From: Paraphysomonas bandaiensis
Lineage: Eukaryota; Protista; Chrysophyceae
Assembly (NCBI GenBank): GCA_965644295.1
Contig: CBFFRP010000080.1
Coordinates: forward strand, 1 to 64,000
Direction: 5' to 3'
DNA: 64,000 bases
In this document: positions 43,051 through 54,328 of the stretch, in pieces
Layout: every line of letters starts with the position of its first letter
How positions within the stretch are numbered: position 1 is the stretch's first letter
Position numbers and translations under genes: made by a program
Notes under the pieces: model-generated
What the model saw: the letters and a program-made list of their open reading frames with translations, nothing else
What the model was told of the DNA's origin: nothing
Databases searched by the model: none

Positions 43051-44498
43051 CAGTCTATTGTGGGGTGAAATTATGACCCCACCTGCAGATTAAAACAAAG
43101 GACGATTGATGGAGCCGTTAATGGACTGACATGACTTCACTGTACCGCAAGCTTCATGCTGTGCAAGACCAGTACGATGACTTTTAACCGCTTGAGACAA
43201 CTGCTTCATGTGTGTGGTTATTGCCATAAGAAGAGACAGTGAAGTGGAAGAGGGCCCTTACAAGAGGATAAAATACTGCTTGAGTCGTTATTTTGCAGAA
43301 TGCATGCTCAGTGTGCATCCTGTGAAGTTCTCCCGATAATTCAAGGATTCAAGTAATGTGACCGTTAACATCTTCAATATCCATCAATGGGGGGTAGCGT
43401 TCATATTAGTATTATCAATGCATGCAAGTAATAGAAATAATATTTTGGGTAAATTATTTCCTATATATACACCTCTGTATCAGTATCGTACCCCAGAAGT
43501 TATCTCGGTGTAAGATCGGTGTAAGATGGCTTGGACGAACAAATGTGATCATTACCTTGGAAGCTAACTGAACTCAGATTGGCGGTGAAGACATCTGAAG
43601 TGCACAATGCTTCTGCTTCTTAGCAGGTGATTGGGAGCTAGTTTACACTTTGATTCAGATTTCTCGTGGTATGTATATTAGTAGGTTCTAAGTAGTAATT
43701 GCCGTTAATTTTTACTTCGTAATATGTTAATGCGAATACCGTATTATTTTAATTGAATACATGCTTTGTCTTTTCATAATTGATACAGATCTGCTATATT
43801 GCTGGTTTTTATATTATTTCCTACTTTGCAATATATATATTATACTGTGTTTATTGTTGTTAATTATAGTACCTCTAGGTCGTATTGGTATGATATTTTT
43901 AGGTAGTACCTATAGGTAGTACCTATAGGTAGTATTGATACATGTAGGCAGTGCATATAGGTACATTTTAATATAAATAGGGATACTTATCAGTAGGAAA
44001 TGTAGAGGTTATAGATACCACCTATAGGGAGAGGATTAGGCACGTGTATTAGTGCAATATCATATGTCGATATCGGCATCATTTATTCCAATCATAAGTC
44101 CAACGCTCCTGACATACTCCTCATTGGGGTAACCAGTCATTAGTGGATCATTTTCTTCCAACACCATTCTTAGTACTGCAATAGCTGCACTTAACTTAGA
44201 ACGTCTTTCTTAGGCCTAGGCGCTTCTTCCATAATAGCAATAAATCAACAACTATGGATAAGTCTACAATTACAATACTATTTACAAGCAACTTCCAGAG
44301 TGAAGAAATTGCACCTTATTATGAATAATCAATATATACTACCTACGAGTACCAGGTATCATGGTAATGTCAACATACTATTTTACTAATAGGCTGGCGT
44401 ATTCATCCTCTGCAGAGTGTTACAGGTAGCACTAATATTCTACTTATGACTATGATAGATGGTAGATATCAAGATACAAAGCACCCTATATCTAGGTG

Positions 44499-45085
44499 AC
44501 AATGATTGACATGTTTCAATACACCGTCCTTATTTACATCAATACGTATAGGGCACAGTGAGAAAGTAATATATCTTACATTCATATTAGTGTATACATA
44601 CTCAATCGAGAATGGAAGTTATTCTTGCGTGGGTCTCTCTATTATTGAACTCTGAAGCGTCATTTTATTCATATGCTCTGTTTCATAGAATCAAAATTTC
44701 TAAATTAAATATTTTCACAACATAATTCAAGAACGTTACCCTAAGACTCCTCTGGTGTTACATGACAATCGAGTTCATACGGCTCCGCAGAGTATGCTGC
44801 ACGTCAACAATGATTGACATGCTCCAACACAGTATCTTCATATACATCAATACGCACAGGATACTATGAAAAAGTATCTATAAATGATACAGTCATATTA
44901 GTATATACCTTCAAATCAGAGAGGAGAATGACACTCAAGTGGAGTTATTCTTATGTGAGTCTCTCTGATGATCAGCTCTGCAGTATGAGTATATTCATAT
45001 GCTCTGTTTCGAACCACTAAATTGAATATTATACAAAATCATCCGATCATATTACCTGAGAGCCCTCTGGCGTTATATGACAGTC
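44499..45085. repeat. Degenerate tandem duplication, period about 308 bp
   Basis: acaatgattgacatg at 44499 and 44807; attcatatgctctgtttc and ctctgg(t/c)gtta(c/t)atgaca in both copies. Confidence 0.85.
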
Positions 45086-45504
45086 ATGATCACGGAATCA
45101 ACTCTGCTATCTCTGTCTTTGAAATAGACCAACTCTCCTGTATGATTGCCACTTAACCATACCTTTCACCAGCTAAATCAACAACCAGCAGCATGTGGCA
45201 TGAAAGAACTATGAGCTCATGTATTCTCAGTGAGGTTATGATCATATCAGCCTGTGTCCCTCTTATTACTGTAAAAGTATCGCATCGTATCCTGTATGTG
45301 AAGCTAACAGACATGTGTCTCTGGATTCTGTGGACAATATGCCGATTATTATCTTGAAAATGTGTAGTTTTGTGACATTTTTGAATGAAAAACCAGGGGA
45401 TTTTTTAGTTTAGGTTGTTTAATTCATTTTACATACTGTAGTTCTTCTAGTTTCGCTAAACCCAAAAACTCACACACACTACAATAGAGAAAAATTTAGG
45501 CCGC

Positions 45505-45533
45505 CCCGCAGGTGCGGGATCCCGCACCCTTGT
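45505..45533 (+). other. GC-rich hairpin/18-bp palindrome followed by CTTG-T; candidate Helitron 3' terminus
   Basis: cccgca-gg-tgcggg hairpin, 10 nt, then CTTG|T; overlapping perfect palindrome ggtgcgggatcccgcacc (45511-45528). Confidence 0.45.
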
Positions 45534-45655
45534 TTTTACACAAAGGCCGCACAGCAAGTGCGCCCATCGAGTGATCCAATCAGCAGAGTGCATCATAGCA
45601 TAGTGCATCATATCACATGCATCGAGTATATGTATATAGTAGCTACTAGCCCAAC

Positions 45656-48600
45656 ATGTGTATAATCATGTTCATTGTTCTTGTATATCTGCTTGGTGTT
45701 GCGGCCCACGCCTCTAGTGCTCGTAGTGTGCATACAACAGAGGATGGTATGATTGTTGGGCCCAACCCTTCAAGCGATAAGAGGATTGTGTTGTTGGGAG
45801 AACCCAAGTCCGGGACGACATGGGTATCTGAAATAGTGATAAAGCTGGCAGAGTTAACCTGCACAACTCGTAATGAGGTTACTTGCTTGTTTTCAAGCTA
45901 TTTCGCATCTAATTATACGATATCTCTCCACTCCGCTGATTCTAGTCGCTACTAGTCATTCGCTGAGAAGCACGCTCTTCCAATGATAGATTCTAAGTGT
46001 GGTTTCGTGGCCAGAAACAAACACGGCTTTGACACCAAAACTCCTTGCCAACACACCAAGAAAACTATACAACATGCGAGCAGTAGTAGCCTGGAGGGAT
46101 TGCGGAAGTGCTTACATGGAAACCGTCCTTCGAAATGTGCTTCCTCCTGATTTAGTACAAGAGTGGGTTAGTCCGCTGATTCTAGTCGCTACTTGTCATT
46201 CGCTGAGAAGCACGCTCTTCCAATGATAGATTCTAAGTGTGGTTTCGTGGCCAGAAACAAACACGGCTTTGACACCAAAACTCCTTGCCAACACACCAAG
46301 AAAACTATACAACATGCGAGAAGTAGTAGCCTGGAGGGATTGCGGAAGTGCTTACATCTGGGCTGTAAAGTGGATTCCAATCAACTAGCTGATCCCGCGC
46401 GGTAATAAAATGTGTACGTGACTGTGTGTTATGCGGTAGTTATGGTTCCTGTTATACTACGGAAAGCATTTTTAGTTGTCTTGTGTCACTTTAGTACCTG
46501 ACTGTGTACTGGATTTTTGTAGGAATTCGTATATAGTATTGATGAGGGATCCTCGGGACGTTACAATTAGCGAATGCTTTCACAGGCACCCTCCTTGTTC
46601 CAGTCCTATATTAGAAAGGGTTATCCATGATCGCCTTCCTTGTATCACAGCGTGGGTGGCAGCGAGATATATATGGCACTCTGCAAAGTTTTCTCGCAAT
46701 ACACACTTCGTATTCTATGAGAGGCTGCTGCATGACACCAGTGCTTATTACCCACTTTGCGACGCACTCAATGTGTCTTGTACTGAATCCATATTAGAAA
46801 AGGTAATAGACTCTACAACACCTAAGGAAACAATAAAGTTTAAAACTGAACTGGCTGCGAAGCATCATGTCCACAAACCGCATATTGTTAGCGTGCGATC
46901 AGCAGGACGAAAAAACTACCTCAATTATTCCTTGTCCAGCTATAATTTGAAGTGGATGGAAACCGTCCTTCGAAATGTGCTTCCTCCTGATTTAGTACAA
47001 GAGTGGGTTAGTCCGCTGATTCTAGTCGCTACTTGTCATTCGCTGAGAAGCACGCTCTTCCAATGATAGATTCTAAGTGTGGTTTCGTGGCCAGAAACAA
47101 ACACGGCTTTGACACCAAAACTCCTTGCCAACACACCAAGAAAACTATACAACATGCGAGCAGTAGTAGCCTGGAGGGATTGCGGAAGTGCTTACATCTG
47201 GGCTGTAAAGTGGATTCCAATCAACTAGCTGATCCCGCGCGGTAATAAAATGTGTACGTGACTGTGTGTTATGCGGTAGTTATGGTTCCTGTTATACTAC
47301 GGAAAGCATTTTTAGTTGTCTTGTGTCACTTTAGTACCTGACTGTGTACTGGATTTTTATAGGAATTCGTATATAGTATTGATGAGGGATCCTCGGGACG
47401 TTACAATTAGCGAATGCTTTCACAGGCACCCTCCTTGTTCCAGTCCTATATTAGAAAGGGTTATCCATGATCGCCTTCCTTGTATCACAGCGTGGGTGGC
47501 AGCGAGATATATATGGCACTCTGCAAAGTTTTCTCGCAATACACACTTCGTATTCTATGAGAGGCTGCTGCATGACACCAGTGCTTATTACCCACTTTGC
47601 GACGCACTCAATGTGTCTTGTACTGAATCCATATTAGAAAAGGTAATAGACTCTACAACACCTAAGGAAACAATAAAGTTTAAAACTGAACTGGCTGCGA
47701 AGCATCATGTCCACAAACCGCATATTGTTAGCGTGCGATCAGCAGGACGAAAAAACTACCTCAATTATTCCTTGTCCAGCTATAATTTGAAGTGGATGGA
47801 AACCGTCCTTCGAAATGTGCTTCCTCCTGATTTAGTACAAGAGTGGGTTAGTCCGCTGATTCTAGTCGCTACTTGTCATTCGCTGAGAAGCACGCTCTTC
47901 CAATGATAGATTCGAAGTGTGGTTTCGTGGCCAGAAACAAACACGGCTTTGACACCAAAACTCCTTGCCAACACACCAAGAAAACTATACAACATGCGAG
48001 CAGTAGTAGCCTGGAGGGATTGCGGAAGTGCTTACATCTGGGCTGTAAAGTGGATTCCAATCAACTAGCTGATCCCGCGCGGTAATAAAATGTGTACGTG
48101 ACTGTGTGTTATGCGGTAGTTATGGTTCCTGTTATACTACGGAAAGCATTTTTAGTTGTCTTGTGTCACTTTAGTACCTGACTGTGTACTGGATTTTTGT
48201 AGGAATTCGTATATAGTATTGATTAGGGATCCTCGGGACGTTACAATTAGCGAATGCTTTCACAGGCACCCTCCTTGTTCCAGTCCTATATTAGAAAGGG
48301 TTATCCATGATCGCCTTCCTTGTATTACAGCGTGGGTGGCAGCGAGATATATATGGCACTCTGCAAAGTTTTCTCGCAATACACACTTCGTATTCTATGA
48401 GAGGCTGCTGCATGACACCAGTGCTTATTACCCACTTTGCGACGCACTCAATGTGTCTTGTACTGAATCCATATTAGAAAAGGTAATAGACGCTACAACA
48501 CCTAAGGAAACAATAAAGTTTAAAACTGAACTGGCTGCGAAGCATCATGTCCACAAACCGCATATTGTTAGCGTGCGATCAGCAGGACGAAAAAACTACC

Positions 48601-48743
48601 TCAATTATTCCTTGTCCAGCTATAATTTGAAGTGGATGGAAACCGTCCTTCGAAATGTGCTTCCTCCTGATTTAGTACAAGAGTGGGTTAGTCCCGTTGA
48701 GAAACTTAGCAGAAATAGTACGGAATTTAATATAAAACCTTAA
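45656..48743 (+). pseudogene. Secretory sulfotransferase-family gene disrupted by internal tandem amplification
   Basis: Signal/anchor peptide; 5'-PAPS motif GEPKSGTTW; 3'-PB motif RDPRDVTIS; FYERL; in-frame TAG at 45953 and out-of-frame repeat junctions. Confidence 0.8.
45932..48694 (+). repeat. Tandem array: one 240-bp internally deleted unit + three 840-bp units
   Basis: Units start at tccgctgattctag at 45932, 46172, 47012 and 47852; near-identical with a few SNPs. Confidence 0.97.
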
Positions 48744-48999
48744 AATATATATGTACTGTCATGATGAAGCTGTGGTGTGGTTCGGGAACATACAACCGGT
48801 ATATGAGGGATTGTCACCACCACTTTAGTTGTTTGTATTATTATCTGTGAGACAACCTTAATGTTGCGTTAATGAGTGAAGTAAATAAGGACAATGTGAC
48901 AGATTTTTATGTAATGCAACAAAGTTGGGTAATAACTAAACATCAACACATCATACCAATACGATACAGCCGTACAACCAGTGTAGTAGATGATATACA

Positions 49000-49275
49000 C
49001 CGCCTCAAGGGCATCCAGGGTATTGGGTAGGTGAAGTCAAGCACCCGGGTTGTTCATCTAGTTAAGGACTCAAAAATTCTGAAATCAGCAGATGTCAGGT
49101 ATATCAACATTCTGCTTGCTCACTGCTTTTGCTTTGAGTGATAACGCGAAAGTGGTTGCACTTTGGTGCTTTTTGCGGTGACGTAAAAGCAGCTTTCGTA
49201 GTAGCTATATAGTAGGATATTATCAGAGTTAAGTACTAGATAGTTAAATTTTAGTTCTGACTCATAAACGCATAG
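49000..49275 (+). mobile_element. SINE-like family copy (3' half)
   Basis: Matches 59685-59930. Confidence 0.85.
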
Positions 49276-49339
49276 CAACTACACTATTTTTTAGCAGTAA
49301 GCGTGCAAGCATAAATTGAAATAATCTAATAATATACAA

Positions 49340-49440
49340 CGTTTAATGTAGCGCTACGAGAATTATGTGTGCATCGCCGCAAGCACCAAGAAGATGCAAC
49401 CGTACTCGCTATTAATCACTCAAAGCAAACGCAGTGATTG
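49340..49440 (-). mobile_element. SINE-like family fragment
   Basis: gctacgag..gtgcatcgccgcaagcaccaag..atcactcaaagcaaacgcagtga. Confidence 0.75.
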
Positions 49441-49942
49441 CTGGCGGGTCATTCTAGGACCGGCACAACTATCATGACACTGTCAGTATATATAATATGT
49501 ACTCAGTCGGTTTAGAACTCTTATTCCAAGGTATTCTTCGATCCCTTGATTATAAACTGCAGCTGTTAGAGAACACCCCTCAGTTGTGCATCTTAGAAAT
49601 ATGGAGAGGCCGTGTTGTAAACCTCGTATACTCTGACAACGGAATAATACGACTACAATAGTAGGAATTCTTGTTGAAATTAACAAAAGGTGTATGAAGA
49701 TCCTTCAGAATAGATAAACAAGCAGTGTGGCCATATATCAGTAAACTGAAAATCATCGAAGTATTTAAATATCACTATTTTAGGACTCTACGACTATATA
49801 CAAATTCAATCCATTTTTCTGAATAGCCAAAGTGGTCGGGACTTATAGGGCTGAATCCGGTATTACGCAAGCATTCAAAACAGCATATATATATATTATT
49901 AAAATATCAAATACTACTGTGTGTAACGCTGTGGCATTCAAC

Positions 49943-50680
49943 TATGATTTTGATACTCACTATATAATATTATAATATATATATATTATATCCTCCTGCT
50001 AAACCAAACATGATGGCTGTATACTTGGGAGGCTCAGAATTGCTGGCTGGTCAAATGTCGGTGCTCAAGATGGATGTCTATATCTGGTCTATAATGTTAT
50101 TATGTTATTATGATGCTGGAGAAAGATGCACTGAGAGGCTACAGCTACGGCGAATGGTAGATTTGTGTAAAAAAATGCATGTTGTAATAAGCATGTAAGT
50201 AATGATTATACATAAAAAAACACATCATAATAATATATATAGCATATATAGCACTAGCAAGAAGGGTCTCACTCGTCCTGATGTAGCCCATATAAGAGTG
50301 CACCTTCTTGCTCCCAACAACCATATTATATAGCCAGCAATCACATAGGACACAAATCTACTATTCACCGTAGCTGTAGCCTCTCCAGTAGCATAAAGTC
50401 GAGGTAATACCAAAACCTGGTAAAGCGATTTCACCAGGTTTCATATATATCTAAGTATTGAGTTATTATTTACTGTAACTTGTATCTGAGAGAGAGGTTA
50501 AAGAGGTAAAGAAAAAGTTGCAATTATAGTTGTTATTTTAGCAATAATATTTATTGCGTTTTATTGTCTATTTTAGACCAGATAGACATCCATCTTGAGC
50601 ACCGACAAGAGATACAGCCTCCCAACAAGTATACAGCCATGCTTGGTTTATAGCAGGATAGCGAGTGTATCAAAATCATA
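49943..50680. mobile_element. Decayed TIR/foldback element (arms 49943-50091 and 50574-50680) containing a MITE fragment
   Basis: tgtcggtgctcaagatggatgtctat/atagacatccatcttgagcaccgaca and tatgattttgatac/gtatcaaaatcata are reverse complements. Confidence 0.8.
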
Positions 50681-51159
50681 CACACCATTACCTTTTCCAC
50701 CTCTCTTACAAAAAACTACTTATTAACAACAGTTGCAGCACCACACTGCACAACTGGGTGCGTGAATATACATGTTGATCCAGATATATTATTATCATCA
50801 CGTTGGGAAAGATAATAATTGTGTATAGTATGATTTATGAAGCATAGAAAGAGATTTATGTCCAGTAGGTATAGATCAGAAACCATCGGGGAAGGCCGTC
50901 AGAGAAAATTCGTATTTTGACGATGATGTAGAAGATCATAAGAGTTGTGACTATGATGAGTTTTTAGCTTAAATGTAGGCGTCATACGTCTACCAGCCTG
51001 CAGCCTTTGGTTTCGGAGGTTGCGTATCCACTAGAGTTGCGTATTCGTCAGATTCTATTTACAGCTTTGAATTGAGAGGGAGTGATAAGGTGTCATATTA
51101 ATTACCATTAATTGAATAATACTGTTGTGTAGTGAATAATGTCTCATTGTTACCAAAAT

Positions 51160-51283
51160 AGAGGCGTTTTTTAGGGCCAGTGCTTAACTCTGATAAATAT
51201 CCTACTAACAATGTAGCGCAACGAAAGGTGCAACCACTTTTGCTCTATATATCACTCCAAGCAGAATGTTGATGTACCTGACC
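51160..51283 (-). mobile_element. SINE-like family fragment
   Basis: cagtgcttaactctgataaatatcctact..ggtgcaaccacttt..aagcagaatgttgatgtacctgac. Confidence 0.78.
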
Positions 51284-51623
51284 ACAACCAATATTTTACT
51301 ACTGATAGACACTATTATTATTATATATTATTATATCCAGGCTATTATTAAGTTCACATATAATATACTGTTTTTAACTTCTGTATTATTCTTAAGTAAT
51401 AGCTATAGTTTGGAATCCTTAAAAAACAGGTTTTAAGTGGCGATTTGTTTGGTCAAGTAAGATAATAATATATATATAATATATTTTATTAATACTTTTT
51501 CCAGAACAAATAAAGTTGATGTTGTGACCATGATAAAACAATACATACATGATGTTGTATGTATGTTGTGTAGTCAACATGAAAAAATAGATTCATATTA
51601 GTCGAATCTAAGAATAACATATT

Positions 51624-52288
51624 CGACTCCCTCCTAGACCGCGTCAGTGACGTGGCAACACGCGCACATACGAAGCTGAGCATCGTGGCGGAGTTCGCAG
51701 GTTTCCCTCAGATCGCGTCAAACATGCGGTAACACACGATTTAAATGGAGCAACACCCAGGGGAAATCGCGGATTCTACGCTTACTATATGTGTAAAGCG
51801 GAGACCTCTCCGTTTGCCTTCTTCTTCCACTACCCCCGCCTCAGTGGAGACGCCACGATGCCAATGCCGTCAGCTACTCCTCTGCCCTAGGCCCAACTCG
51901 CGGCTAGAGGCTAGAGCCATTCAAAGACATGCCAGAGCCCCAATATATACAATACACCCCTCGCTCATGTATATCAGGTTAGAAACACTTGAGTCACTGA
52001 TACAGAATCCTCCTCCACAAAATCCTGTGGAGCCCTACCCCAAGGGCATTCCCCTTCTGTACCTCAAGGACTCACGTCCATAGAGGGCTTCTCCCTCACA
52101 TACAAGAACGGAAGTGGTCGCACCTTGTAGCTTGCGGGACGCACAAGCAGCACATGTAGTAGGATATGAGGATTTGTGCTAGTTAGTTACAAGTAGAGTT
52201 CGATCTAGCTTGACTAGTCTTCATCTAACTACTTATCTGGTGTTGGTTCTTGACGCCTACTGCTAATGATAATACTTTCAATAGAAAC
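51624..52288 (+). mobile_element. Second 5'-truncated LINE-related insertion flanked by long direct repeats
   Basis: C-rich body; 3' tail (gtacctcaag..aagtggtcgc..gacgcacaagcagc..gatttgtgct..acgcctact) homologous to 18615-18900; flanking repeats 51438-51623 and 52289-52417. Confidence 0.75.
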
Positions 52289-52596
52289 TGGCGATTAGTA
52301 AGGTCAAGTAAGATATATTGATACTTTCCAGAACAAAGTAAGTTGATGTGATCATGATAAAATGGTACATGTAGTCAACATGAAATTCATATTAGTCGTA
52401 TCTAAGAATAACATATTATTGTAGTAGGAAGATAACTCTGCGAAGACTAATTCTTTATCCGATGAATAACGCTTCACAATAACGGAAACAATTACAGTCC
52501 TAGTACTAAGTGTACAATAAGAAAGGAGCTGATCGGAGTTCTGCATACCGCTCTGCATTGACGTTGATATATGAAAAGAAATGGTTCTACGCAGCA

Positions 52597-53736
52597 CTAG
52601 ATTCCAAAATTCTCCTGCGATGACGCCGTTATTTATGTTTCAGCCTCTAACAACCTACAAACCTGCATGCTGTAGATATTTCTTCCGGTCTTAAGAGCTT
52701 TCACTCGAAGTGGCCCAACATATTTTAGTAGCTGCCGGCTAACCCAAGGAGAGTACGTGGAAACGTAGGTAAAAAACAAATAAGGCTGGTGGGATATCCA
52801 CACTTCATCGAACTTGTGATATATCGCTTTTTCGGCCAACACGGCAAACCGTGCGGTTGGCATCTTCTTTCCCTCGTCCTGTACATAATGACTAAACACG
52901 TACACAAACATAGATAGGCATACCAGTGGCTCTAGACCAGGTTTTCTCACCGTATGCAGGTGGATGTCCGACTCAACTGGCCCTGGGCAAACAATCGTCA
53001 CAGAGATGTTGTTTATCGACATTTCTGCACGTAACGCATCAAAATAACCATGCTGTAAGAAAAAGGATTGAGGAAGGGCAGCATAGATATGTGTTTGATA
53101 CCAATGCATACTTCGACGCCGAGTACGATGAGGCTACAGGAGTAGCAAGCTTCCCGGAGAGAGAGCTCATTACTACGAGCTGTACACAGAATTTTATACC
53201 TAACCACCACAACAACGCTGCAATACCTGACCTCCTCCACTAGAAACCATTCCTGGAAGAACAATATTCGCCAAGTGCACATAAGACAAAAAGTTCAATT
53301 CCATTAGCGCCTTCGTATCTGTGTACGGTGTTTCCATAGCAGCGCTGCGTTGACTGCGACCAGCATTCAGAACTAACATATCAACCTTGCCATATTTATC
53401 AATGACTGATTTATACGCGACGCTATGAGACGTAGCATTCACCGCATCTAATGGAAGAATAAATATATCGTGCTTACTACCTGTGCAGCTTGCAGCCACA
53501 GCCTTCAGTTTATTCTCTCTTCTAGCAGATATTATCACTTTGGCACCAGCTTTACAGAATCGTAAAGCAAGTTCCTCTCCAAGACCTGATGAGGCACCAG
53601 TAATCCAAATAACACGGTCCTGAAAGGAGTCCTTTGGAACAGGTCCGGCCAGAGACAACAATGCGTCGGAATCACTGCGACAGAATAGGGCGATGATGAC
53701 ACACGCCACACCGATGAGTACAAGTGACAGCTTCAT
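52597..53736 (-). CDS. Short-chain dehydrogenase/reductase, DHRS7-like (multi-exon)
   Basis: N-terminal anchor; WITGASSGLGE; LVLNAGRSQR; YSASKYAL|HGYFDALRAE; IVCPGPVES. Confidence 0.93.
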
Positions 53737-54328
53737 GATTAGGAACAGATATGAGGCTTTAAATAACTATTTATTTGGATATTGAAACCCACTGCAGATA
53801 ATTTTTATGTGAACTTCGCCTCAAGATCACACATCGATATGAGGACACTCCACTGGAACTCCTGCTCTCGAGTAGCTGCAGCGTACGTATCGGCATCCTT
53901 TGTATATTTTTGTTCCAAGATGACTCTAATATTGAGACAACAATTATATGTATTTCAGCCGTAGTTGTATTACAGTAATATAGAGTATATTTGATTCAAT
54001 TTATCTCCGAAAAATATGGCCGCTGACTGCCGATACGTACCATGTATGCCGCACTGCTGTAGGATCCTGCTGTATGTGTTGCAAATTGTTGGAGTACGAA
54101 GTACATGTACAGCAGCAGCTCCATCGTGAAGTACATTCAACTGCACACTGTAGTATGGCGTGTATGTACCCCATTCCGTCCAAGATATGTACAACTTTAC
54201 AGAGGCACGATGAGTACAGAACACGGAATACGGTGGCATACCATACAGCACGAGAGTGTAGTACAGTACCACATATCTATCCGGCCCTTGCTTCCAGTGA
54301 TTGATATATTTGCCTGCACTAAAGACAA

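Noticed and set aside
46168-46185. Tiny GT..AG at repeat junctions (gttagt..ctag) that might splice units into a multi-domain sulfotransferase
   Set aside because: Far shorter than other introns here, and no in-frame spliced product could be supported without cDNA
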